Origin: Thermoanaerobaculia bacterium
GTDB lineage: Bacteria > Acidobacteriota > Thermoanaerobaculia > Multivoradales > Multivoraceae
Length of the DNA stretch: 64,000 nucleotides
Assembly (NCBI GenBank): GCA_035524895.1
Contig: DATLFI010000265.1
Location: forward strand, 1,026-65,025
Direction: 5' to 3'
Part shown: positions 26,882 to 36,253 of the stretch, piece by piece
How positions within the stretch are numbered: position 1 is the first letter of the stretch
Layout: the number at the start of each line of letters is the position of its first letter
Position numbers and translations under genes: made by a program
The notes under the pieces: model-generated
What the model saw: only the letters and a program-made list of their open reading frames with translations
The model's database searches: none
Told to the model about the DNA's origin: nothing

Positions 26882-27481
26882 TCAGCGGGAGTAGAACTCG
26901 ACGACCAGCGGGACCTCACACACCACCGGAACCTCGTCGCGTCGCGGCACCGCTGTCAGCTCGGCGCGGTAGCCGGTCTCGTCGACCTGGATGTAGGTCG
27001 GCACTGCGCGACCCGCACGGGGCTCGTTGAACGAACGCAGCTTGCGGCTGCGCTCCTTGACCTCGACGACATCGCGCGGCCGCAGTTGGTAGGACGCAAT
27101 GTCGACCCGGCGGCCGTTGACCGACAGGTGGCCGTGATTCACGGCCTGGCGCGCCGCGTAGATGCTGGGCGCGAAACCGCTGCGCAGCACGAAGGCGTCG
27201 AGCCGGGTCTCGAGCATCGCGACCAGGTTTTCGCCGGCGACACCCCTCATCGAGGAAGCCCTGCGGAAGTAGTTGCGGAGCTGGCGCTCGCTGACGTTGT
27301 ACTGGTAGCGCAGGCGCTGCTTCTCGAGGAGCTGGCGTCCGTAGTTGCTCTGGCGCCGCCGCCGCCGCATGCCGTGCTGTCCCGGCGGGTAGGGCTTGCG
27401 CTCGAGCGTGCGCTGCGCCTTGTCGGTGAGCGACACACCGAGCTTGCGCGAGTACTTGACCTTGGGTCCGTTGAACTTCAC
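26882..27481 (-). CDS. rpsD: 30S ribosomal protein S4
   Basis: VKFNGPKVKYSRKLGVSL...S4 domain...VNGRRVDIASYQLRPRDVVEV. GTG start with GAGGAGAG RBS 6 nt upstream. The track ORF to 27856 is a spurious upstream extension. Confidence 0.85.
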   Translation of the reverse strand: MKFNGPKVKYSRKLGVSLTDKAQRTLERKPYPPGQHGMRRRRRQSNYGRQLLEKQRLRYQYNVSERQLRNYFRRASSMRGVAGENLVAMLETRLDAFVLRSGFAPSIYAARQAVNHGHLSVNGRRVDIASYQLRPRDVVEVKERSRKLRSFNEPRAGRAVPTYIQVDETGYRAELTAVPRRDEVPVVCEVPLVVEFYSR

Positions 27482-27912
27482 GAATCTCTCCTCGTCGATC
27501 TGGTACGGCGACGCCTGCCCGATGCGGCGGCGCCTCGAGAGCCGCAGCTCCGGCGCGGACTCTGGATGGCGGTGCTTGTCGAGCGGTGCGAAAGGACCGG
27601 CGCTGATGCCGGCCAAGCCGCGCAGGACGCGGCGAGTCTCTCGCGGCTCGGGTTCAGGGATCGATCCGCGGCTCCGCCCCCGCGCACCACCTCCCTCGAA
27701 CGGCGGTGCCTGGCGCGGGCGGGTCCAGCGGACCGGCAAACCACGATGATACCGGGTCCGCGGAGTGCCCGGCAAGTCGGCCGGTGCCGGGTGCCGGCCG
27801 GGCACCGAGCGAGCTGGCCTGACCGGCACGGGTAGGATCGCAGGCTCGCGAGGCACCTCGGCGGACCGAACGCCAACGAGGTAACGCCAACGAGGTAGGG
27901 AGACAGCGGGGG

Positions 27913-28986
27913 ATGGACCGGCGGATGGTCGACTTGCGCAGCGACACCGTGACCCGACCCACGCCGGCGATGCGCGCGGCCATGGCGGCGGCGGAGGTGG
28001 GTGACGACGTCTGGGGTGACGACCCCACGGTCCTCCGCCTCCAGGACCGCCTGGCAGACCTGCTTGGAATGGAGGCGGCCCTGTTCGTGCCGAGTGGCAC
28101 GCAGTCGAACCTGGTCGCGCTCCTCAGCCATTGCCAGCGGGGCGACGAGTACCTGTCGGCCGACACGGGGCACACGTTCCTCTACGAGGGAGGCGGCGCG
28201 GCGGCGTTCGGCGGCATCCAGCCCCACGCGCTCCCCACCGGCGCCGAGGGCTTGCTCGACCTGCACCGGCTGCGCGCCGCGATCAAGCCGGCGGGCGACT
28301 CGCACTACGCGCGCACGCGCCTGCTGTGCCTCGAGAACACCTTCCACGGGCGGGCGCTGCCGCTCTCCTACCAGCGAGCCGCGGTTGCGCTCGCTCGCGA
28401 GCACGGCCTCGCGGTCCATCTCGACGGCGCACGGCTGTTCAACGCCGCTCTGGCCCTCGATGCGACGGTGGGGGAGCTCGCGCGGGGGTTCGACACGGTC
28501 TCGGTGTGCCTCTCCAAGGGTCTCGGTGCCCCTGTGGGCTCGGTGCTGTGCGGCTCGACCGAGCTCGTGGCCCAGGCGCGGCGATGGCGGAAGGCTGCCG
28601 GAGGAGGCATGCGGCAGGTGGGAATCCTGGCGGCTGCGGGTCTCCACGCGCTCGACCACCATGTCGAGCGCCTGCGCCAGGACCACGAGCACGCCGCGCG
28701 CCTCGCGGCGGGTCTCTCCGAGCTCCAGGAGTACGGCTGCGAGCTGCTGCGCTGCGACACCAACATGGTGTTCGTGCGCGTCGCAGAGCGGCTGCTCGAG
28801 CCGCTCGGTGTCGAGCTCGCGCGAAGGGGCATCCTGATCGAGGTGGGCACGCCCCTACGACTGGTCACCCACCTCGACGTCGCCCCGGGCGACATCGATC
28901 ACGCGGTCGCGGCCTTCCGCGAGGTGTTGCGCGGGCTGCAGGCTGCAGCGCCCGGTGCACACGAGGCCGCGACGCGCCTGCCTTGA
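27913..28986 (+). CDS. ltaE: Low-specificity L-threonine aldolase (PLP-dependent)
   Basis: VDLRSDTVTRPTPAMRAAMAAAEVGDDVWGDDPTVLRLQDRLADLLGMEAALFVPSGTQSNL, with the PLP-Lys region CLSKGLGAPVGS. ATG 27925 is an alternative start. Confidence 0.75.
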   Translation: MDRRMVDLRSDTVTRPTPAMRAAMAAAEVGDDVWGDDPTVLRLQDRLADLLGMEAALFVPSGTQSNLVALLSHCQRGDEYLSADTGHTFLYEGGGAAAFGGIQPHALPTGAEGLLDLHRLRAAIKPAGDSHYARTRLLCLENTFHGRALPLSYQRAAVALAREHGLAVHLDGARLFNAALALDATVGELARGFDTVSVCLSKGLGAPVGSVLCGSTELVAQARRWRKAAGGGMRQVGILAAAGLHALDHHVERLRQDHEHAARLAAGLSELQEYGCELLRCDTNMVFVRVAERLLEPLGVELARRGILIEVGTPLRLVTHLDVAPGDIDHAVAAFREVLRGLQAAAPGAHEAATRLP

Positions 28987-28991
28987 GCTGC

Positions 28992-29960
28992 TCACCCCCC
29001 TTGGGGTGACAAGGCGCGCAGCGTCTGGCGCAGGTCGCCGCCGTCGCCGGCGTCCATGAGCGCCAACGCAGGCGTGTGCACGCCGCTCTCGACGTAGCTG
29101 GCGATCCGCTCGCGGCACGCCTCGGGGCGCCCGTGGACGATGAGCTCGTCCACCAGATCGTCCGGGATGCCCTCGAGAGCCGCCTTGCGATCGCCCTTCT
29201 GCCAGGCATCCCACATCGGACGCAGGCGGTCGCCGCGACCGAGCCAGTCGTGAAACGCGGCGTACACGGGCACGTTGAGGTATGCCGCGATGGCGCGCTT
29301 GCCGATCGCGAGCGCCCTCGCGCGATCGGTGGTCGGACAGACGAAGATCCGCGCCACGATCTCCTTGCCGTCGCCGCCGGCGTGCACGTGGGGCGTCACG
29401 GTACGCACGTCATCGGGAGACAGCCAATTGAGGATGGCGCCGTCTGCTTCCCGACCTGCCAGGCGCAGCATGCCCCCGCGCAGTGCCGCGAGCAGGATCT
29501 TCGGCGGCTCCGCGACCGGCCGCGCCAGCTTGAAGCCAGTCACCGCGAAAGTCTCGAACTCCTCGCTCACCTTCTCGTTGGCGAGAGCTTTGCGCAGGAA
29601 ACGCAACGTGTCGCGGACGCGCTGGTACGGCCGGTCGAAGGCCGTCGCGTTCCACTGCTCGACGATCACGTTGGAAGATGTGCCGAGCCCCATCACGAAG
29701 CGACCGGGCGCGGCTTCCGCCATCGCGGCGACGCTCATCGCGAGCAGCCCCGGCCCGCGGGTGTACGCCGGGATGATCGCTATGCCGAGCCGCACTTTCG
29801 GAACCCACGCCGCCGCCAGCACGAGCGGGGTGAAGCCGTCGCTGCCATTCGCCTCCGACGACCAGAAGTCGGTGTAGCCGCAGTCGGCCATCTCGAGGAA
29901 CAGGTCCCGATGCGCAGGCAGCGGCAGATCGAAGGGGATGGACATTCCATAGCGGGACAT
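28992..29960 (-). CDS. LLM-class (luciferase-like) flavin/F420-dependent oxidoreductase
   Basis: Start MSRYGMSIPFDLPLPAHRDLFLEMADCGYTDFWSSE (CAT 29958-29960). A TIM-barrel LLM signature is present. The track ORF to 30287 is a spurious N-extension. Confidence 0.65.
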   Translation of the reverse strand: MSRYGMSIPFDLPLPAHRDLFLEMADCGYTDFWSSEANGSDGFTPLVLAAAWVPKVRLGIAIIPAYTRGPGLLAMSVAAMAEAAPGRFVMGLGTSSNVIVEQWNATAFDRPYQRVRDTLRFLRKALANEKVSEEFETFAVTGFKLARPVAEPPKILLAALRGGMLRLAGREADGAILNWLSPDDVRTVTPHVHAGGDGKEIVARIFVCPTTDRARALAIGKRAIAAYLNVPVYAAFHDWLGRGDRLRPMWDAWQKGDRKAALEGIPDDLVDELIVHGRPEACRERIASYVESGVHTPALALMDAGDGGDLRQTLRALSPQGG

Positions 29961-30000
29961 TGGGTGCTCCTGGGACAGGTGGAGGGGCCGACTGCGTTCG

Positions 30001-30441
30001 TCAATCGAGTGCGAACCGCGGCACCGGGACCTCGGGCACGTCCACCAGCGCCTGTTGGTCGGGACGCAGGTTGCGCGCTCCGCGGATGTAGATGTGCTCG
30101 ACCTCTTTCGCGGTGCGCGACGTGTTCCAGTGCAGGAGCACGCGGATGCAGCGCTCGAGGCCGTGCGGCACGTGCATCTCGTGCCCGCACAGGAGCGCGA
30201 CATCGTGCCAGCCGAGCTTGCGCGCGGCCAGCGCGGGATACTCGGCGGCCAGGTCGGGCGTGGTGGTGAAGATCGCGCTCGCGACATCGTCGGGCACGAT
30301 GCCGTTGCGCTCCACCATCAGCCACAGCAGCTCGCCGGTGGCGAGCAGGATGGCCTCCCGGCTGTCGGTGTCGACAGTGGTCGCGCCGCGCACGCCGCGA
30401 CAGACCAGCGTCACCGCCGAGGAGCCACGTTTCGCCGCCAT
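30001..30441 (-). CDS. aroH: Monofunctional chorismate mutase, AroH class
   Basis: VRGATTVDTDSREAILLATGELL...IFTTTPDLAAEYPALAARKLGWHDVALLCGHEMHVPHGLERCIRVLLHWNT...EVEHIYIRGARNLRPD is alignable by eye to B. subtilis AroH. The start is taken at MAAKRGS (ATG 30441). The longer ORF to 30498 is possible. Confidence 0.7.
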   Translation of the reverse strand: MAAKRGSSAVTLVCRGVRGATTVDTDSREAILLATGELLWLMVERNGIVPDDVASAIFTTTPDLAAEYPALAARKLGWHDVALLCGHEMHVPHGLERCIRVLLHWNTSRTAKEVEHIYIRGARNLRPDQQALVDVPEVPVPRFALD

Positions 30442-30514
30442 GAGGCGCGCGACGCTACCACGCGACTGCTTGGCCGTCTGCGTCTCGAGACGCGGCAACG
30501 GCCGAAGACGGGAA

Positions 30515-30536
30515 GGAGGAGTGTCGGTCCTCCTCC
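30515..30536. terminator. Hairpin GGAGGAG-tgtcggtc-CTCCTCC downstream of the OmpA-like gene and upstream of aroH
   Basis: 7-bp perfect stem, read directly. There is no U-tract, as is common in high-GC genomes. Confidence 0.35.
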
Positions 30537-30594
30537 CTGCGCCATTGCTTCGACGCTCCGTCGCTCGTTCCCTTCGGGCGGAGTCGCCAGTCGC

Positions 30595-31245
30595 TCAGAT
30601 GAGCACGACCAGCACTACGCGCCGGTTCTGCATGCGACCGTCGCGCGTGTTGTTGTCGTAAGCCGGCGAGTCCTCACCATAGGAGATCACCGACATGCGG
30701 TGCAGCGGCAAGGAGTGCTGCTTGTTGAGGTAGCGCCGCACCGCCTCGGCCCGCTCTTCGCCGAGCTTGATGTTGTACTCCTCCGGACCGGTCGAATCGG
30801 TGTGGCCCTGGATCTCGATGTAGACGCCACGATCCTCCTTCTTGAGCGTCTCGGCGAACTCGTCGAGCGCCACCTTGGCGTCGTCGGTGAGCTCCGTCTT
30901 CTGGAAGCCGAAGCGGACGAGATCGTTGGCGAGCACGGTCTCCGAGAGCAGCTTGCCCTCGGCCAGCTTGCCGGCGGCGAGGGCACGCTCGAGCGCCTCC
31001 TGCGCGGTCTTCGATAGCTCGCCGATCTGGCCCTCGTGCTGATCGACCTGGCTGCGTGTGGCCGCCAGCTCGGTCTGTGTCTGCTCGACCTGCGTGGTCA
31101 GTGAGCCGACCTTGTCGGAGGTCCGGGTCTCTGCGTCGGTCACGGCTTGGTCGACTTCGGCGCGAACGAACTTGCGCGAAGCGCAACCGGTGCTGGTGAG
31201 CACCACCAGCGTGAGAACAGTGATCCATGCCACGGAACGATTCAT
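30595..31245 (-). CDS. OmpA-family lipoprotein (coiled-coil N-region + OmpA-like peptidoglycan-binding domain)
   Basis: Lipobox LTSTGC. The OmpA_C-like segment is GVYIEIQGHTDSTGPEEYNIKLGEERAEAVRRYL...NRRVVLVVL. Confidence 0.75.
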   Translation of the reverse strand: MNRSVAWITVLTLVVLTSTGCASRKFVRAEVDQAVTDAETRTSDKVGSLTTQVEQTQTELAATRSQVDQHEGQIGELSKTAQEALERALAAGKLAEGKLLSETVLANDLVRFGFQKTELTDDAKVALDEFAETLKKEDRGVYIEIQGHTDSTGPEEYNIKLGEERAEAVRRYLNKQHSLPLHRMSVISYGEDSPAYDNNTRDGRMQNRRVVLVVLI

Positions 31246-31287
31246 GCCGATTCTCCTTCTAGTGTCAATGGGTGTATCTCGAACGCT

Positions 31288-32526
31288 TCACTCGGAACTC
31301 GAAGTCTTGGGCGCTGCTCGCTGGCGATCCGGCCCCCGGAGCCGGCGTCGCTCGACGAGCGTCGCGGCGTCGCCCGCGGGGACCGCCGCGCTGGCGCTCC
31401 AGCCGGCGGGCGGCGAGCCGAAGTAGCGGGTGCGGTGGCGCAGCCGTTGGGGCGCGCTCTTCTTGTCGGCGCGTACCGCTACTTCGATGCGGTGCCAGCC
31501 GGCCGGCTCGGCGGAGTCAGTGGTGAATCCGAGCAGATACTGCTGGCGCAAGTCGCGGAACACCTGGTCCGCCGCCGACTGCATGGCGACATGATCGGCG
31601 ACCTCCAGGTACCTGCCGCCGGTCGCCATCGCGAGCTCGGCCAGGGAGAAGGCCGGCGCACGCGATCCCTCGACTTGCTCGACCAGGTCGGAATCGAGTC
31701 GTGCGGGGACGCCGGCGCGTTCGAAGCGGGCCGCCACGTCGAGCACGAAGACTGGCAAGCCGGCGCCCTGGAGCAGCGCGCGCGCCTGGTCGGAGGCGAC
31801 GGTGCTCGCGTTGTCGATGCCGTCGGAGACCAGCACCACGGCCCGACGCGAGCGCTGCGACTCCTTGGCGACCTCGGCGACCCGCGCCAGCGCGTCGTAG
31901 AGCGCGGTGGTGCCGTAGGGCCGCCAGCGCATGGAGGCCTCGTCGAGGGGCGCGAGCTCGCTGCTGAACGGGACCTGCACCTGCACCGCCGGCCCCGCGA
32001 AGGTCAGGATCGCGACTTCGTCCAGCTCCCCGGTGCGCGCCAGCAACAGCGCGAGCGCGTTGCGGCTGAGCCGGAGCTTGTCGCCGTGTGCCATCGAGCC
32101 CGAGAGGTCCTGCGCGAACACCAGGCCGAAGGGGCCTGCACCGTGGTCGAAGCTCTCCACGGACACCGGCCGGCCGTCGACCCGCAGCTCGAAGTCGCCG
32201 AGCGCGAACGGCGGCGCGGCCGGGTCGTTGTCACCGAGGTCGGCTCCCGCGGTCCCTTTTTCCAGGGTCACTGGCACGGTGACCCACTGGACCGCCACTT
32301 CTTCGGAGAACACCATCGCACCAGGCGGGGGCGAGCGCGGCTCGACCTCGGGGGGCTGCGCCTCAGCCTCGGGCACCGAGGCACCCGCCAAGGCCAGCCA
32401 TAGCCCCAGCGTCAGCCCTGAGGGGCGCCGAAGGGCGTGGCGAGGGCCCGGTTCGGGGCGCGTTCCCGGTCGTTCCGGGAGCCTCTGGACGCCCATATTT
32501 CGATAAGTGTATCCGATTTTGGACAT
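31288..32526 (-). CDS. Secreted von Willebrand factor A (vWA, MIDAS) domain protein
   Basis: MIDAS motif DLSGSM is present, followed by TALYDAL, AVVLVSDGIDNAS and LPVFVLDV. The start is ambiguous (ATG 32526 or 32496). It lies 42 nt upstream of the OmpA-like lipoprotein gene on the same strand. Confidence 0.6.
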   Translation of the reverse strand: MSKIGYTYRNMGVQRLPERPGTRPEPGPRHALRRPSGLTLGLWLALAGASVPEAEAQPPEVEPRSPPPGAMVFSEEVAVQWVTVPVTLEKGTAGADLGDNDPAAPPFALGDFELRVDGRPVSVESFDHGAGPFGLVFAQDLSGSMAHGDKLRLSRNALALLLARTGELDEVAILTFAGPAVQVQVPFSSELAPLDEASMRWRPYGTTALYDALARVAEVAKESQRSRRAVVLVSDGIDNASTVASDQARALLQGAGLPVFVLDVAARFERAGVPARLDSDLVEQVEGSRAPAFSLAELAMATGGRYLEVADHVAMQSAADQVFRDLRQQYLLGFTTDSAEPAGWHRIEVAVRADKKSAPQRLRHRTRYFGSPPAGWSASAAVPAGDAATLVERRRLRGPDRQRAAPKTSSSE

Positions 32527-32653
32527 CGCTGGTGCCGCATGGTCCGTGGCAGTCGAGAGAGCACGGCGGCTTTGCACCGCACCAGGCACGGTTAGACAGC
32601 AAAAACCTTGCCGGCAGCACCGCACGAGGGCCGAGCTGGGGCGGCTTGCTACC

Positions 32654-33259
32654 ATGTCGTCGATGTCCCAGCCTCCCTTTCTGCACGCCCTGGCCCTCGA
32701 CCTGCCCGGCGAGCCGGACCTGTCGCCCGAGGCGCGCAAGTACCTCGCGAAGTGCCGCGAGAAGCTGGGGCTGGTGCCGAACGTCGTAGCCGCGTACACC
32801 TTCGACGAGGCGAAGCTGCGCGCGTTCACCACCTTCTACAACGACCTGATGCTCGGGGACTCGGGCCTGTCGAAGCTCGAGCGCGAGATGATCGCGGTGG
32901 TGGTCTCCTCGGCGAACCGCTGCTTCTACTGTCTCGTGGCGCACGGTGCCACGGTGCGCGAGCTGTCGGGAGACCCGGTCCTGGGCGAGCTCCTGGTCAT
33001 GAGCTACCGAGTGGCGGAGCTCAGCGATCGCCATCGCGCGATGCTCGACTTCGCTTGGAAGCTGACGGAGCGCTCGCACGAGGTGGAGGAGGCCGACCGG
33101 CAGCGGCTGCGCGAAGCGGGTTTCTCGGATCGAGACATCTGGGACATATCAGCGGTGGCGGCTTTCTTCAACATGAGCAACCGCATGGCCTCGGCGGTCG
33201 ACCTGATGCCGAATCGCGAGTACCACTTCCAGGCTCGCGCCGAGCAGACGAAGGCCTGA
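32654..33259 (+). CDS. AhpD/carboxymuconolactone-decarboxylase-family peroxidase-related protein
   Basis: The CMD-fold motif NRCFYCLVAHG is present. The start is at MSSMSQPPFLHALALD (ATG 32654). It is divergent from the vWA gene. Confidence 0.65.
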   Translation: MSSMSQPPFLHALALDLPGEPDLSPEARKYLAKCREKLGLVPNVVAAYTFDEAKLRAFTTFYNDLMLGDSGLSKLEREMIAVVVSSANRCFYCLVAHGATVRELSGDPVLGELLVMSYRVAELSDRHRAMLDFAWKLTERSHEVEEADRQRLREAGFSDRDIWDISAVAAFFNMSNRMASAVDLMPNREYHFQARAEQTKA

Positions 33260-33339
33260 GACGTTCGTGCCGAGACGTTCGTGCCGGGCGCTCGGGTTCG
33301 TGCATCGTCGCGACCTCCGCGCGGGTCGGTGAGGACACG

Positions 33340-34512
33340 GTGAGCCCCCGGATCCTGCTCGTCGTCGGCACGCGCCCCGAAGCGATCAAACTGGCGCCAG
33401 TGGTGCAGGCGCTGCGAGCGGCGGGCCAACCGGTCGAGCTGCTTTCGACCGGTCAGCACCGCGAGATGCTCGACCAGGCGCTCTCCTGCTTCGGGCTGCG
33501 CCCCGACATCGACCTGGGTCTGATGGCCCGCGATCAAAGCTTGTCGGAGTTGGTGACACGTGTCGTCACCGGCGTCGACACGATCCTGCGCGAGCGGCCC
33601 CCCGGCCTGCTGGTCGTGCAGGGGGACACCACCACCACGTTCGCCAGCTCGCTCGCCGCCTTCCACCGGCGGGTGCCGGTGGCGCACGTCGAGGCGGGCC
33701 TGCGCAGCTTCGACCGCGCGCAGCCGTTTCCCGAGGAGGTCAACCGCCGGCTGACCACCGTGCTCGCCGACCTGCACCTGGCGCCCACGCCTCTCGCGAA
33801 GGAGCGGCTGCTCGCCGAGGGTGTAGCAGCCGAGCGCATCGCGGTCACCGGCAACACCGTGGTCGACGCGCTGGTGCAGATCGTCGCGGCGTTGCCGGCG
33901 AGCGAAGCCGCGCCGATCGTGGCACTGCCCGCGGACGCGCGGGTCGTCCTAGCGACCATCCACCGCCGCGAGAGCTGGGGTGCCGAGCTCGAGGGCGTCT
34001 GCCAGGCGCTGGGGCGCCTGGTCGACCGCTTCGCGGACGTGCACGTGGTCCTGCCCGTGCATCTCAACCCCAACGTGCGTGAGCCGGTGCATCGGAGCCT
34101 GGGCGGTCGGGAGCGCGTGCACCTGCTGCCGCCGGTCGACTACCTGCAGTTCGTGCATCTGCTGCGGCGGGCGACGCTCGTCGTCACCGACTCGGGAGGG
34201 GTGCAGGAGGAGGCGCCCAGCCTGGGCAAGCCACTGCTCCTTCTGCGCCACGTCACCGAGCGCCCAGAAGCCTTCGCTGCCGGCGCCGCGCTGCTGGTCG
34301 GCACCGATCCGGACCGAATCGTGGCCGAGGCGTCGCGCCTGCTCGAGGATCCCGCCGCCTACCGCGCGATGACCGGCGTGCCGAACCCCTATGGCGACGG
34401 CCGCGCCGCTGGTCGCGTCGTGGAAGCGATCGAGCGGTTCTTGGCGGGGGAGGTTCCGGTACTGGAAGCGAGCAGGGAATTTCGTCCCGAGTCACCGGCG
34501 AGCTCGCGGTAG
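33340..34512 (+). CDS. wecB: UDP-N-acetylglucosamine 2-epimerase (non-hydrolysing)
   Basis: VSPRILLVVGTRPEAIKLAPVV...GQHREML...LLVVQGDTTTTFASSLAAFHRRVPVAHVEAGLRSFD...HLAPT. GTG 33340 is the only start codon upstream of this conserved N-terminus. Confidence 0.75.
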   Translation: MSPRILLVVGTRPEAIKLAPVVQALRAAGQPVELLSTGQHREMLDQALSCFGLRPDIDLGLMARDQSLSELVTRVVTGVDTILRERPPGLLVVQGDTTTTFASSLAAFHRRVPVAHVEAGLRSFDRAQPFPEEVNRRLTTVLADLHLAPTPLAKERLLAEGVAAERIAVTGNTVVDALVQIVAALPASEAAPIVALPADARVVLATIHRRESWGAELEGVCQALGRLVDRFADVHVVLPVHLNPNVREPVHRSLGGRERVHLLPPVDYLQFVHLLRRATLVVTDSGGVQEEAPSLGKPLLLLRHVTERPEAFAAGAALLVGTDPDRIVAEASRLLEDPAAYRAMTGVPNPYGDGRAAGRVVEAIERFLAGEVPVLEASREFRPESPASSR

Positions 34513-34721
34513 ACCTCGCCGAGCCCGGCGAGGTCGTCGAGGAAGAGGCTCGAGCCGCCGGTCTCGCTCGCGAGCGCGGCGAGGACCTGGCGCGGGTTGT
34601 CGGGTCCCTTGCGCGGCAGCGGGATCCCTATCGCGTAGATGGCGGCCTCCGAGCGGCGCGCGTACTCATTCCGAAGCCGCGGGAGAATCGCGATCCGTTC
34701 GCGGGCGTCGAGTCGGTGCAC
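34389..34721 (-). pseudogene. Probable remnant of a vWA-domain gene (C-terminal ~110 aa only), paralogous to the vWA protein at 31288-32526
   Basis: Segment AIYAIGIPLP...LAALASETGGSSLFLDDLAGLGEVYRELAGD parallels LPVFVLDV...LAELAMATGGRYLEVADHVAMQSAADQVFRDL of the intact paralog. There is no MIDAS-containing N-part in any frame upstream. It overlaps the wecB 3' end by 124 nt. Confidence 0.3.
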
Positions 34722-34728
34722 GATGTCG

Positions 34729-35457
34729 CTACGAGCGGCTGCCGCTGCGACCCAGGCAGTCGCGAAGCTCTGTTGCGTCTCGAGCCTCCGCCACGCAGGC
34801 GCGAAGTGCGTCGAGACACCGGTCGCGTTTCTTGCCCTTCTCGGCGCCGCAACGCTCGGCCTCGACCAGCAGCGCCTCCTCGAGCGCGACCGCCTCGCGG
34901 ATCTCTTCTGCGCTGACGTCGGAGCGCAGCCCGAAGGCTTCGGCGATCGTCGTGCGGGCACTGTCGAGCGAGAACGACGTCTCCTTGTACCCGCCGCCGT
35001 TCAGGAAGTACGTCACTTCGATCGTCTCGCCCTGCATCAGCTCGCGAAGCAGGCCCGTGAGCGCCTCGCCGGAGCCGTTCCAGACCGGAAACGCTGCCCA
35101 GGTCAGACCTGTGCCGGCGAGTGGAACCTGTCGCTGCGGTCCGCCGTCGATCGAGATCCGCGGAGGCTCCGCCTGGTCGAGGAAGTCCCGATCGCCGACC
35201 GGGAGCTTGAAGATGGCGCGCACGCTACCGTGCGGGTCGCGCGCGAGCATCAGCGAGTGGCCTCGCTCGTTGAGGCCGATCACCGCATCGAGCGCGTCGC
35301 CGGTGTCGGGATCGATTGCCTCGCCTCGTCGCCAGTCTGCCTGCGCGTCCGGGACGAAGCAGAGCAGCGCCAAGGTCAGCGCGATCGACCACCGCCAGGG
35401 CGTGGCTGGGAGGCGGGGACGCTGCGCTGGCGATCCTGCGAGGCTGGCGGAGAGCAT
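34729..35457 (-). CDS. Secreted hypothetical protein
   Basis: Start MLSASLAG...WRWSIALTLALLCFVPDAQA-DW is a signal peptide, with GAGGAG RBS upstream. The C-terminus is Cys-containing and amphipathic. Alternative ATG starts lie at 35502 and 35517. Confidence 0.45.
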   Translation of the reverse strand: MLSASLAGSPAQRPRLPATPWRWSIALTLALLCFVPDAQADWRRGEAIDPDTGDALDAVIGLNERGHSLMLARDPHGSVRAIFKLPVGDRDFLDQAEPPRISIDGGPQRQVPLAGTGLTWAAFPVWNGSGEALTGLLRELMQGETIEVTYFLNGGGYKETSFSLDSARTTIAEAFGLRSDVSAEEIREAVALEEALLVEAERCGAEKGKKRDRCLDALRACVAEARDATELRDCLGRSGSRS

Positions 35458-35583
35458 AGGCTCCTCGCTCGCGGGTTGCGAGACGGTGCGATCCAAAGGC
35501 ATGGAGTCGTCGGCCATGGCGATCGGCGAGCAGGCTGAGTCTGACGCAGTGCGGCCGCGGAGCCCACAGGCGGTCGCCAGCTC

Positions 35584-36183
35584 GTGATGCGCATCGACGG
35601 CGACCGACTCCCGACGCTCGAAACGGAGCGCCTGCTCCTGCGCTGGCTGGACGACCGCGACGTCGCGGCGCTGCAGGAGGTCTTCTCGCACCCAGACGTG
35701 CTGCGGTACTGGGGTGGCGACCCGGCACACGACGCGGCCGGCGCCCGCCGGCTGCTGGCGCAGATACACGATGGCTACGCGCGCTGCGAGCTGTTCCAGT
35801 GGGGTATCGCCCGTCGCGGCGACGACCGGGTCGTGGGCACGTGCACGCTCACGCGCTTCGATTCACGGAACCGTCGCGCCGAGGTCGGCTTCGCGCTCGC
35901 TCGGCAACACTGGGGACATGGCTACGCCAGCGAGGCGATGTCGTCGTTGATCGCTTTCGCGTTCGCGGAGCTCGACCTGATCCGGCTCGAGGCCGACGCC
36001 GATCCACGCAACGACCGCTCCATCGCAGTGCTGGAGCGGCTGGGCTTTCTCCGCGAGGGATTGCTGCGCGAGCGCTGGCTGGTGGCGGGAGAGGCGCAGG
36101 ACTCCGTTGTATTTGGTCTGCTGCGTAGAGAGTGGAGGGTCGTCGCTGGCGCGCCCTTCCCGCGAGGGTCCTCGCGCGCCTGA
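35584..36183 (+). CDS. GNAT-family N-acetyltransferase (RimJ/RimL-like)
   Basis: The acetyl-CoA-binding motif is ARQHWGHGYASEAMSSLIAFAF, with N-terminal TERLLLR. Confidence 0.75.
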   Translation: MMRIDGDRLPTLETERLLLRWLDDRDVAALQEVFSHPDVLRYWGGDPAHDAAGARRLLAQIHDGYARCELFQWGIARRGDDRVVGTCTLTRFDSRNRRAEVGFALARQHWGHGYASEAMSSLIAFAFAELDLIRLEADADPRNDRSIAVLERLGFLREGLLRERWLVAGEAQDSVVFGLLRREWRVVAGAPFPRGSSRA

Positions 36184-36253
36184 AACTCGATGCCTCCTTA
36201 GGGCGTACTTGGGTCCGATACCTTAGTTTTCGATATATCCGCCCGAGGAACCC

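Noticed and set aside
26882-27856. 324-aa ORF extending rpsD upstream
   Set aside because: S4 homology begins at VKFNGPK with GTG and a good RBS at 27481. The upstream 125 codons are Arg/Pro-rich junk over the rpsD leader.
34729-35457. Treating the 242-aa secreted ORF as the frameshifted N-terminus of the vWA remnant
   Set aside because: No MIDAS (DxSxS) or other vWA motifs are in it. It has its own signal peptide and a coherent C-terminus, so it is called as a separate gene.
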